From assembly GCA_964016885.1 (NCBI GenBank), contig OZ024741.1, forward strand, positions 159,092,001-159,156,000: a stretch of DNA of 64,000 nucleotides, read 5' to 3'. The position numbers and the translations under genes are program-made. Position 1 is the first letter of the stretch. The number at the start of each line of letters is the position of its first letter. Of the stretch, positions 44,257-56,613 are shown one piece after another. Under the pieces are notes generated by a model. That model saw nothing but the letters and a program-made list of their open reading frames with translations, was not told where the DNA came from and did no database searches. Source of the stretch: Eledone cirrhosa. Its lineage: Eukaryota.

Positions 44257-44600
44257 CATCACTCATCATCATCATCATCATTTTACCGCTTTTCCCTGCT
44301 TGCAAGGGTGGGCCGGGAACTGATTCTGGCTTGATTTCTACAGCTGGATGCCCTTCCTAACACCAACCTCATTTACAGTGAGTGCTGGGTGCTTTTTTGC
44401 TGTGGCACCTCCACGACCACTTTGTAGTGGAATGATTGGGACTGGAGTCCCTATCATCTAATTTCTACAGCTGAGTAAACTGGAGCAATGTGAAATAAAA
44501 TGTCTTGCTCGTGGAAACAACACATCACCCGGTCTGAGAATTGAACTCACAACCTTTCGATTGCAAGGCCAATGCTCTAACCACTAAGCCATGTGCCTCC
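44257..44600 (-). mobile_element. Full-length family T SINE
   Basis: Reverse complement of 20180-20515. Confidence 0.93.
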
Positions 44601-45020
44601 ATATATATATATATATACATACATATATATATACATATATATATACATACATATACATACATACACATACACACACATATATACATATATATACATACAT
44701 ATACATACACACACATATATACATATATATACATACATATACATATATATATACATATATATACACACATATATATATACATACATATATATACATATAC
44801 ACATATACACATATACATATATATACATACACACACATATATACATACACATACATATATACATACATATATATATACACACATATATATACATATATAC
44901 ATATACACATATATATATACACATATACATATACACACATATATATATATATATATACATATACACATATATATATATACATATATATATATATACATAT
45001 ATACACATATATACATATAT

Positions 45021-45811
45021 CACTATTAGCCGCTAAAGGGTTCTCCCTAAAAATGAAAGGCAGGCTGTATGATGCCTGCATACGAACAGCAATGTTGCAT
45101 GGCAGTGAGACCTGGGCATTGTGTGCAGAGGATATACGCAGACTGGAGAGGAACGAAGCTTGCATGCTCCGCTGGATTTGTAATAGTAATATACGTCAAC
45201 GGCAAAGCATAAGCGAACTAAGGGAAAAATTAGAAATAAGAGGGATCAGATGTTGTTTACTCGAGAGAAGGCTACGTTGGTATGGTCACGTGATGCGCAT
45301 GAAAGACGACAGCTGTATAACAAAGTGCAGGGCAATAAAAATAGACGGTAGCCACGGAGTAGGCAGACTCAGAAAAACCTGGGACGACTTCATAAATTCC
45401 GACCTCACACACTTACACCTCTCCAAGACAATGTCACTGGACCGAGAGCTTTGGCGCTACACAGTAATAGAGAAGACCCGCCTTACCGAAGTACAAAGTG
45501 AAACCTACTACAGTCAGTAGGCACCTCTAACAAAATACACATCCCGAAACAAATGAGATCGTGTAGGTGTCACGACAAAAAAACACACAGTCCACGCTGT
45601 AATGTGGCCATGTAGATAACACGGTTAAAACCTCCCAGTTCCACACTGTAAATGTGGTTGGTGTTAGGAAGGGCATCCAGCTGTAGAAAACCCGCCAGAC
45701 AGTCCTATGCGAGCAAGACAACCACTCTTGCCTCAAGTGGGAAAACTCCCGTCCAAACCCATGCAAGCGTGGAATATAGACGTTAAACAATGATGATGAT
45801 GATGATGATGA
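45021..45811 (+). mobile_element. RTE family B, 5'-truncated
   Basis: [19 protein letters not shown]..., stop at 45520, UTR, (GAT)n tail. Confidence 0.95.
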
Positions 45812-46007
45812 TATATATACATACATACATACATACATATATATATACATATATATATACACACATACATACATAGATACACACATATATATATATACAT
45901 ACACACATACATATATATACATACACACATACATACATATATATATACATATACATGTACATACATACATATATATACATACATACACATATATATACAT
46001 ATACATG

Positions 46008-46053
<46 letters not shown>

Positions 46054-46218
46054 CATATATACATACATATATATACATATATACATACATATATATATAT
46101 ACATATATACATACATATACATATACACATATATACATACATATACATATATACATACACATACATATATACATACACACATACACACACATATATACAT
46201 ACATATATATGTATATAC

Positions 46219-46795
46219 ATGGGTGGCTGCCAACTCGTTTTCGAGTACGGCCACTACTTTATATCCATGTAGGAGAACCCCTACCGATGCGCTGAACAAG
46301 TGTGACTTTTTTAGTCCAGCCAGCGACTTGAAAACTCTGGTACAAACACTACACTTGTGACATTTATTGACACATAGTGCTGGGCCCACGGTACCATGTG
46401 ACGACAAGGGCACAGAGATCTCCAGATATAAAGCAATGCCTGTGCCGTGAAGCTTTTATAGTGAGCAAAGGCACTGCACAAAGCCAGTCCCACTCTCTTA
46501 ACCAAGATGATATTTACCAAAAAGAAGAACAAGTCAACATCAATGGATACCATCAGGGTTGCAGGTGTTATATCAGAGTTTTCCTTCTCCTAGAATTCTG
46601 CCTTGACAAAGGCTAAGGGGTCATCTCTCCCGGTGATTTTGGATGGCCATTGACTCTTAAGAGCTCCTTTGCCCTTTGACAGGTTTTGTTTTTAGTCCTG
46701 CAGGATGTCCAAAGTAACCCTCCTCACCAAGAAACCTTGGTGGAGTTGCCAGTTTAGTCGCCAACGACCCGACCATGGGACAGGTTGTACTGGGA
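46219..46795 (-). mobile_element. Bipartite non-autonomous RTE derivative (RTE 5'-UTR-like part plus C2H2-finger 3' end)
   Basis: Minus strand has GTCGTTGGCGACTAAACTGG and CTAGGAGAAGGAAAACTCTGA (motifs I recall from RTE 5' UTRs), then [17 protein letters not shown]; no RT. Confidence 0.65.
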
Positions 46796-46798
46796 TAC

Positions 46799-46833
<35 letters not shown>

Positions 46834-46885
46834 TACATATATAGATATACATACATACATATACATATATATATATATATATATA

Positions 46886-47304
46886 TAAGATCAAAAGATG
46901 GTTAAAAGAGTTCCATGTATTTTATTATGCATATTTCAAAAACAAATATCATCATGGGATGATATTTGCGTTCTCATCATATAAAATAGGGAGACATGAT
47001 ATGAAGCTTAAAAAACACTTGCGAGCAGTGAAGTGTTAAATCAACATATGTTAAATCAACATTCAATGTTGTTTTAACACTTCACTGCTCGCAAGTGTTT
47101 TTTAAGCTTCATATCAGGTCTCCCTATTTTATCTGATGAGAACGCAAATATCATCCCATGATTTTGAAATGTGCATAATAAAATACATGGAACTCTTATA
47201 ACCATCTTTTGATCTTATATTATTTATACTCCAGTCCTATAAACTGTTGAGTGCTACTTATCCGATATTTGCATTGTTTTATTGTGCTACAATAAAACTC
47301 ACCT

Positions 47305-47308
<4 letters not shown>
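46886..47308 (+). mobile_element. Penelope pLTR-like foldback carrying two hammerhead motifs
   Basis: 46886-47047 is the reverse complement of about 47066-47220; hammerhead at 47125-47185 (+) and about 46918-46989 (-); same family as 18530-18650. Confidence 0.8.
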
Positions 47309-47354
<46 letters not shown>

Positions 47355-47633
47355 TATATATCGGAGTCCACTTGCTTGTGGTGGGGCTGATAATGTTGTT
47401 AGAACTCAATGTATCCTAGGAAGGATGGTTGTGACGAGAATCAGCAGTGTGACTAGTGGTTCCTGTGGTAGGTGACCACCGCCTAAGATATCCTCGAAGA
47501 AAATCAGTCCGGGTTACAGTCATTTACATATATGTGTTTGAACAATAAAAACAGAAGTCAGATGTAAGTAAAGAATTAGTTCATATACATATATATATAT
47601 ATACAGACATATATACATATATAATACATATAC

Positions 47634-47668
<35 letters not shown>

Positions 47669-47671
<3 letters not shown>

Positions 47672-48063
47672 CCCAATTACACCTCTCAAAGACAATGACA
47701 CACGACCGTGACTTCTGGCGTCACGCAGTAATACAGAGTACCCGACCTCCCATGGGTACAAGCTGAAGCATATAGACAATATGCCTCCACACCCCCTACC
47801 GCAAGGTGGTCGTGGAGGTGCCACGGCAAAAAAGCACCCAGCCCACACTGTAAAGTGGACGTGTAGGCGCCACGGAAAAAAGTACCCAGCACTCACTGTA
47901 AATGAGGTTGGTGTTAGGAAGGGCATCCAGCTGTAGAAACCAAGCCAAATCAGTTCCTGTATGGGCAAGGCATGGTCAGCCGACCAGACACTGCCCACAA
48001 CAGGACAACTCGTCTAACCCATGCTAGCGTGGAAGAACGGACGTAAAATGATGATGATGATGA

Positions 48064-48067
<4 letters not shown>
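47669..48067 (+). mobile_element. RTE family A 3' end
   Basis: Matches 24218-24620; (TA)n on both sides. Confidence 0.93.
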
Positions 48068-48129
<62 letters not shown>

Positions 48130-48141
48130 CTATACTTATGA

Positions 48142-48174
<33 letters not shown>

Positions 48175-48809
48175 TTTACACATATATACGTATATATATA
48201 TATAATATAACTCATTCAGTAGCCATACAAACACCACTGCATATTTCTCAATGATGTACAGTCACAACTGATGGTAAATTCAAATAATAATGTTTCTCTG
48301 CTATAGACATGCCTTCACATTGGATTCTAATTGGTCAAAATTGTGGTCAGCTTGTATTGGATGTATTATGTTTGGTGTGGGAATTCTACTGCTTCTGCTA
48401 CTATTGATACTGCTCCTACTACTGTTGTCTGCTACGGTGCTGAACAGCACCACACTGTGATAATCTATGGCAGCCGATATATATATATACATATATATGT
48501 AAAGGTGAATTGGCAGAGTCGTTAGAATGTTGGATAGAATGCTTTGCAGTATTCATTCTGGCTCTCTGAGTTCTGAATTCAAAACCCATCAAAATCAACT
48601 TTGCCTTTCATCCTCCTGAGATTGATAAAAAAAAATGTATTAATCTTGTATTGGAGTTGTTTCTTTCTTTATATATCTTCCTCACTTATTTTGTATCACT
48701 CCCTCTCTCTCTTTCTGGAGGAAATCAGCTGTATCCAGCCTTGGGGAGGCGATGGGTTCCATCAGGTTTTAAATACATACAAACACTAGATGTCACTATG
48801 AATACATAT

Positions 48810-51800
48810 AGAATGCACTGCTTAGGCTTCCTTAAAAGGATGAGTGTCTCAATCTTCACAGCACTGATTTTAATTCCTGCCATGCAGCACTTAGCAGCAA
48901 ACTTATTCAGTGCATATCGGAGATACCTTTCTGCTGAGTTACGTAGTACCATGTCGCCTGCAAATTCCAGCTGACTGATCCTACACCCACTGGTCTCGAT
49001 ACCACTTCCAACCAGGTTATACATGTCAATCATCATCATCATCATCATCATCATTTTACGTCCGTTTTTCCCTGCTTGCAAGGGTGGGACGGGTCTTATT
49101 CAGCACAGCATCTCTCCACTCGTCACGGTCCCTCGTCATCTCCACCGTGAGCTTCAATGATCTGAGGTCTGCTCTCACCACCTCCGCCCATGTTTTTCGT
49201 GGTCTACCTCTACCACGTCTTCCTTCAACTGGCATTTCCTGGCACTTCTTCACCCATCGGTCATCCTCCATGCGCATCACATATCCATACCACCTCAGTC
49301 TCCTCTCCCGTACACTACATTCTATCCCTCTCAGACACAGTTTCTCTCTCAACACATTTATGCTGGGTCGTTCACGCACATTTACACTGCACATCCAACG
49401 GAGCATGCTTGCCTCATTTCTCTCCAGCCGTCGTATATCCTCTGCAGTTGCTGCCCATGTCTCACTACCATGCAGCATCGCGCTCCTCACACAGGCATCA
49501 TACAACCGGCCTTTCGTTCGCAGGGAGAAACCCTTCTTCGTCAACAGAGGAAGCAGCTCCCTAAACTTCTTCCAACCCGTCCTTATTCTAGATACTATCG
49601 CCTCGGAACACCCTCCTCCCATGCTAATCTGATCTCCTAGGTACCGGAAGCTATCCACCACTTCTATAGCGCCCTCTCGCATTTGAAAAATGTGTCTATC
49701 AGTGCGACTTCTACTGTCTAATTTCCCTGTACATCTACTGCATACATATTTCTCCCTACTATGTTAGTTTGCCTGCTATCCCGCTACATCTCTTATGTAC
49801 CCAGGATCTGCATTGTGTGCATTTTATAGAATTTATGTCAGTTCCTTTTCTGCATATCGAACATGGCCATTTCCCTGACGGAATCAGGATTTTGTCCTCT
49901 TTTCTACTCATCAACACTTTTGTCTTAGCTAGATTCACTCTCAGTCCTCTTGCTTCCAACTGCTGTTTCCATAGCCAGAATTTATTCTCTAGCTCCTCTA
50001 CTGATTCTGCTATAAGAACCAGATCGTCAGCATAGAGAAGTTCCCATGGACAGCCAGTCTTAAACTCCTCTGTTATGGCTTGGAGGACTATAATGAACAA
50101 GAGTGGGCTGAGGACCGAACCCTGATGTACTCCTACTTGTATCTGGAATTCCTCACTAAACTCCATTCCTACCCTGACTTTACTGAGAGTACCTCTGTAC
50201 AAAGTTTGCACTGTCCTCACAAGCCATTCCTCAACACCTAGCTTCCTTAGGGACCACCAGATGACAGATCAGGGTACCCTATCAAAGGCCTTCTCTAGGT
50301 CAACAAAGGCTAAGTATAGTGGCTTATTCTTCTCTAAGAACCTCTCTTGCAATTGTCTCACCAAGAAGAGGGCATCTGTTGTACTCTTCCCAGGCACAAA
50401 ACCAAACTGCATCTCATCTAGTTTGACCCTTTCTCTAATTAGTTGTGTTAAAATCCTTTCTGCCACTTTCATAACCTGATCTATCAGTTTTATACCCCTA
50501 TAATTGCTCTCCAAAGCATCCCCTTTACCTTTGCAGCAATTTATGAGAATACTGCTGCACCAGTCTTTGGGTATGACACCACCATATATAGCCCGATTGA
50601 TGATGCGTGCAACCAGTTTAGTGCCTATGTCCCCTGATGCCTTCAGCATTTCAGCAACTATTCCCGATGGTCCGGCAGCTTTACCATTTTTCATTTCCCT
50701 AATCGCCTCTTGGACCCTATATTCGTCAAAATCAATTGCTGGTCCCTCTGTCGGATCTACCAAGGGTAATTTCTCTCTCTCCCATTCGTTCTCCACATTC
50801 ATCAGTCTCTCATAATGACATTTCCAGGCCTCCTTTTTCTGATCTTTCGTGACACTAAGTATATCGGCATCATTCCGGACACATTTATCTCCAACATCCT
50901 GATTTGCATTGACACACTGCCTTGCAATGTGGAACACCGCACGCCTCTGATCTTCCTGTCGCAGAACATTGGCAAACCTCCTACTCTCAGCCTCCCTGCG
51001 TGCTAAGTACACCTGATGTCTAGCTTCTCTCTTAGTGGCTGTATATTCTTCCCTACTCCCACCCTTTTTCCAAGCCTTCCATGCTAGTCTTTTGTCTCTA
51101 ATAGCCTTATCTACTGTGCTGTTCCACCACCAGGTCACTCTCTGTCTGGTTGGAGCTCTGCTCCAGCCACAGGTTTCATCAGTAGCCTGCAGCAAGTTGT
51201 CACGTAAGAAATTCCAGTTATTATCTATGTCATACGTCTCTAAATCGACTCTTTTTCGTCATATACATCTTGAAGGGCTTTCCTAAATTTGTATTTTAGT
51301 GAAAGGTCTTTTAGCTTCCAGACTGTTCTTCTCCACACCTTCCTATATGTCTCATTCCATCTCTTGCTTACTGAGATATCACTAACAACTAACCTATGCT
51401 GTGCGGTACATTCTTCCCCAGGGTATGCCTTGGTATTAGACACTATCTGCCTGTCCCGCTGCCTAACTAGCAAGAAGTCAATCTGGCTTATGTGCTCACC
51501 AGATTTGTAGGTTATTAGGTGATTGGCAGGTTTCTGGAAGTTTGTGTTGCAAATAGTCAATGTACCCGCATCACAAAATTTTTGTTTGTGAAAATTATGA
51601 ACAGAAGTTTGTGAAAATTATGAACAGAAGTGACAGTATGCATACTTGGTGGAAATCCCTAACCACATTGAACTATTTTGACTTAGCACTATTAATCCAA
51701 ACACAAACACTAGGGCCTCAAGGCAGCAAAAAACTGTCCATCAATCCCATACTCCTGCACAACCTTCCACAACAAATCCCATGGAATGTGGCCGTATGCT

Positions 51801-51930
51801 TTTTTGAGGTTTACAAAACAAACATACACCCCTTGGCAATACAACCACCATTTCTCAAAGACCTAACACAGTGTGAATATTTGGTCAGCTGTACTGCATC
51901 CAGGGTGAAAACCACACTGTTTGTCAGCTT
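48810..51930 (-). mobile_element. Old Rex3-like RTE (48810-49030 and 51556-51930) split by the RTE-C insertion
   Basis: QCGFHPGCSTADQIFTL...CFVNLKKAYGHIP...LLFIIF continues after the insert as RISQLEFAGDMVL...LNKFAAKC..AGIKIS. Confidence 0.8.
49031..51560 (-). mobile_element. RTE family C, longest copy (end of AP endonuclease to 3' tail)
   Basis: CNTNFQK..HLITYKSG...QIDFLL...QHRLV (APE C-terminus), RT, PHD-like finger; a few stops and frameshifts. Confidence 0.96.
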
Positions 51931-52459
51931 TGACTTAACAATATCCCTGACAGTATGCCCATTGAATATTCTATTGTACCTAAGAGATTTGGGGAAGCAA
52001 AATCTCTTGGGTTTTAAATATTATATGTTGTCCCATGTTGGTCTTGGATAATAAGAGCTGATCCATATGCTTAAATTCCACCAAGGAGACAGTTCTATTA
52101 TATTTATTAGTGACTATTATCAAAAGACCAGTAAAGTCTCACCTAGCTACATTAACCCTTCTCTATCATGTGGCTACCGATTGGTTTTATATCAGCCCTT
52201 TTATGATTGTGGCTCCTATTCATGTCATTACTACTGGCTTTCTTATTCCTATTGTATATTAGATGTTGTATATAGATGACACCAATGATTTCCTCAGATC
52301 ATAACAATAGAACTAACAACATACGGTCCAAGATAGACTGCAAATATGCAAGGAAACACCTAAATTCTATCCAGCTTAAACTTTCACAAAGCTAACAGGA
52401 AAAGTATTCAGGAAGAGATCTGACAGTCTCTCTATGTAAGACTGTGAAATGAAACTTAA

Positions 52460-52955
52460 CCCTATCGCACCATGTTCCCACTATAGCGATAATAACCTGA
52501 AGTTAATCTCTACTGGATACTAGATTCCTGTTAAAGCAGTAATGAACACATATAGAAAAATAAAATAGAATACTAAAAATAAACAACTGATCACGTTGCA
52601 GCTTTGTAGTTACATATGTTTATGACTCATTGTTAATGGCGTCCCCTATAGCTGTTGTTTATTTTTGTTTATAATGGAAAAAAAAAAAATTTTTTTTTTT
52701 TTTTTTTTGCAATGAACCCAGCACTTCACCTAGTAAATGAGCAAGGCCTAGACTCTTTCCAGTTGAGGATATTCTATGGATGAAGACGAGCAAGAATTTC
52801 AGCAAGTTTATGCTCCTGTAGACAGCGAGAGTGATTCGGACGATGAAGCTTATGAAAGTGGTAAGGAAAGTAGCAAATCAAGTGAAAAGATTCAGTGTGG
52901 TCCTTGCATGGCTGATACTGAAAGGGGTGGTGGAGATTATGAAACTTTAAGATGA
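52460..52955 (+). mobile_element. piggyBac 5' end with degraded acidic transposase N-terminus
   Basis: TTAA|CCC at 52456-52462; PSTSPSK*ARPRLFPVEDIL / MDEDEQEF...DSESDSDDEAYE. Confidence 0.5.
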
Positions 52956-53299
52956 AAGGTGGGTAGATATATTTACTGCATCTTGTGGATTAAGTCCACC
53001 ACTCATCAACTCAGAATAAATACCATAAAGTAGTCAATTTAATATATGTTAATAATTCTGATAATCCACTGTTCTAGGATGAAAGGAAAATCTCACCTAA
53101 GGAAGATTAGAACTCAGAGCATATTCAGCAAGAACAAATACCTCAAAGTATTTTGTTAATGTTCATGGGGCTTCATCAATTTACTGTTAACAAATATATA
53201 GCTGTAGAAAACCTGCTAAAAAAGGGTCAATCTCCCCTTAATTTTCAGGAAAAAAACTTTTGTAGTTAACATTGGTCGTAATAACTCACTGAACTTTTT

Positions 53300-54060
53300 C
53301 TATCCCGTTTTTATTCTGGCTACTGTACTTTCAGAACACCCACCTCCACTGCTAATTTGGTCACCCAGGTAACAGAAACTGTCAAGTGCTTCTATGAAAC
53401 CCTCTAATAATTTGATAGAGCTTGTTTCTTTTGAGTGTTTGCTGCTTACGTTTTTTGCTAGCCTACCTGAGATCCCACTACATCTCTTGTGTACCCATAG
53501 TTTGCATTTGGGACAGAGGATGGAATTTCTACCCATCCCTTTCCTACACACTGAACAGGACCACTTCCCAGAAGGGATCAGGGCCTTGTTTTCCTTACTA
53601 CTTACTAGAACTTTAGTCTTTGCCAAGTTGACTTTAAGACCTTTTGATTCCAAGTTATGCTTCCAGGTCAGGAATATTTTCTCGAGTTCTGACATGGATT
53701 TAACTATGAGAGTTGTGTCATCAGCATACAGGAGATCCCAAGGGCATCCTGTTTTAAACTCTTCTGTTATAGCTTGGAGGACAATAATAAACAGGAGACC
53801 TGGTCCATCAGGTTGATGCCTCAGTAATTTCCATTGTCTAGTGCATCACCTTTGCCCTTGTAACAATTGACAATGATGCTGCTACACCAGTCATTGGGCC
53901 AGTTTGTATTATTTGGTTTACAATATGAGTAGTTATAGAGTAACCTACCCTCCCAGATGCTTCCAGCATCTCAGCAACTACGCCTGATAACCCGGTTGCT
54001 TTGCCCGTCTTCATATCTTTAATTGCCTTAGTTACAATGCTGCTATTGACTTGTACACCT
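53300..54060 (-). mobile_element. Degraded RTE internal fragment
   Basis: MKTGKATGLSG, GCPWDLLYADD, CSVCRKG...[20 protein letters not shown]; internal deletions. Confidence 0.9.
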
Positions 54061-54362
54061 TAGGCTTCTGGCTGGGAATGTTGTCTTACAATTAATCCTA
54101 TACGTGTGCTCCAAATGAACTTGTTGAGCAAATTGTAAACAACAACATTGAATTAATTGCATATCGATTTAATGAACCTCCTGCTATATGAACCAAACAA
54201 GTTAAACTTCAATTTGTTGCTGAAGTGGACTTTAACCCACTGGTTTTTCTGTCCATAAAATGTGTTTACTGGCAATGGATAATCAAGCTTTTTTGTTCTT
54301 CTTCTTGATCAATGGCTTGACTGCTGAAGTACAAGCTTGGACATAGTCATACAATATATATA

Positions 54363-54686
54363 TCATCATCATCATTTCATTTCACGTCTGCTTTTTCCTT
54401 GCTTGCAAGGGTGGGACGGGAACTGATTCTGGCTTGATTTCTACAGCTGGATGCCCTTCCTAACACCAACCTCATTTACAGTGAGTGCTGGGTGCTTTTT
54501 TGCCGTGGCACCTCCACGACCACTTTGCAGTGGAATGATAGGGACCCCAGTCCCTATCATCTCATTTCTACAGCTGAGTAAACTGGAGCAATGTGAAATA
54601 AAGTGTCGTGCTCAAGGAAACAACACATCACCCAGTCTGAGAATTGAACTCACAACCTTTCGATTGCAAGACCAATGTTCTAACCA
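54363..54686 (-). mobile_element. Family T SINE, 5'-clipped
   Basis: Reverse complement of 15950-16270. Confidence 0.92.
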
Positions 54687-55584
54687 TATATATATATAAG
54701 TATAAAGAAAGTGCTCAAGCACAGAAATGTTATAAAGAAAGCTTATAAAATAGGGTGAAGACCCTTAAAAGACAGAAAAATAAGTTGCCATGTCTTTTAT
54801 GTGTGTTTGAGTGTACACATGTATATTTATTTATATGTATATGTACTTAGTATGTATGTATGTGTATATGCATACATGTGTATTTCATCCACCACGTCAT
54901 CCTGCCAGTTCCACCAACCATTTCACTGGCCCACCTATACACCCTCCTTCACATTCATCACATGCCCCCCACTGACCAGTCAGAATTTTACGGCTATGTC
55001 CATTATCACTCATTATCATCTTTTTCACACAACCCCTACTGCTACCACCACCCTTCCCATCCAATCTTAATTACCCCAGTAATTTACCACCCAACTCTTT
55101 GTTTGATAAGCTTTCAATGGCTGGATGCCCTTTCTTTCACCAACCACAGCATGTACTGAATGTGTTTATCATATAGATTGCCAACACTAGAGAGGTTGTT
55201 GTGTGCCATGGCACAGTTGATAAGTTCTCTCAACCCATTTTAGGCATGGTTTCTACAGTAGATGTTGGGGGGGGGGGGGGGGTCAACCCACATTACAGGG
55301 TGAACAGGTGCATTTTCGTAGCACCAATGGTTGTGAGGTTGCTGGTCCTTGTCCCAATGGCAGATCCCTCTCTGCTCTGTGGGGTTTGGGTAGGAGTGAT
55401 AGGAAAGAGGAGATAAGTATCAAATTATGGTAAGTGTGGTGTGAGTGATTTAACAAAGTGATGGATGAGGAAGGGAAACACCTAAGCTGAGATAGTGGTG
55501 GTGTGGAGTGTGGATGGTGAAGATAGCTGCCAGGGAGTACTCGTGGGAGGGGGAAGGAAGGACATGGGGGAAAGTCAGGTCCCT

Positions 55585-55622
55585 TATATATGTATATATA
55601 TATATGTGTGTGTGTGTGTATG

Positions 55623-55655
<33 letters not shown>

Positions 55656-55727
55656 GCATATATGTGTGTGTGTATATATGTTTATATATGTATATATGTG
55701 TGTGTGTGTGTATATGTGTATGTATGT

Positions 55728-55758
<31 letters not shown>

Positions 55759-56045
55759 ATGTATGTGTGTGTATATATGTGTGTGTGTGTGTATGTATAT
55801 ATATGTGTGTGTATATATATGTATATATATGTGTGTGTGTATATGTGTATGTATGTTATATATATATGCGTGTGTATGTATATGTGTGTGTGTATATATG
55901 TTTATATATGTATATATGTGTGTGTGTGTATATATATGTGTATGTATGTTATATATATATGTGTGTGTGTATGTATATATATGTATATATGTGTGTGTGT
56001 ATATATATGTATATATGTGGGTGTGTGTGTATATGTGTATGTATG

Positions 56046-56091
<46 letters not shown>

Positions 56092-56290
56092 ATATATGTG
56101 TGTGTGTATATATGTTTGTATATGTATATGTGTGTGTGTATATATGTGTATGTATGTTATATATATATATATGTGTGTGTGTATGTATATGTGTGTGTGT
56201 GTATATGTGTGTATATGTGTGTATATGTGTGTGTGTGTGTGTGTATATTTATGTGTTTATAATAATGTATGTATATATATATATATAACA
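55585..56290. repeat. (TA)/(TG) compound microsatellite
   Basis: Seen directly. Similar tracts at 20515-21000, 22095-22310, 23392-23630, 30325-30680, 43757-44255, 44600-45020 and 45811-46218. Confidence 0.95.
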
Positions 56291-56404
56291 TAAAGTTAGC
56301 AATGTTTAACAGTGAACTGTAAGTCATTTAGTTTGGTCAATATTTTCACATGGAGATTAATTTATCCACATTTTTATATCACTGGATGAATCATCCTCAA
56401 CATA

Positions 56405-56416
56405 CTGTTGTTGGTA

Positions 56417-56454
<38 letters not shown>

Positions 56455-56468
56455 TTTGCAGTTGTTGG

Positions 56469-56502
<34 letters not shown>

Positions 56503-56516
56503 TTTGCAGTTGTTGG

Positions 56517-56556
<40 letters not shown>

Positions 56557-56570
56557 TTTGCAGTTGTTGG

Positions 56571-56613
<43 letters not shown>

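Noticed and set aside
47360-47585. Unique-looking island between TA tracts (similar ones at 7990-8145, 15285-15410, 30220-30325)
   Set aside because: No ORF, termini or clear ribozyme core; probably truncated repeats that I cannot classify by eye.
52763-52860. Possible + strand exon (CTCTTTCCAG...G|GTAAGG) with an acidic peptide
   Set aside because: In-frame stop just after the acceptor, opposite strand to the host exon, and better explained as a piggyBac N-terminus after TTAACCC.
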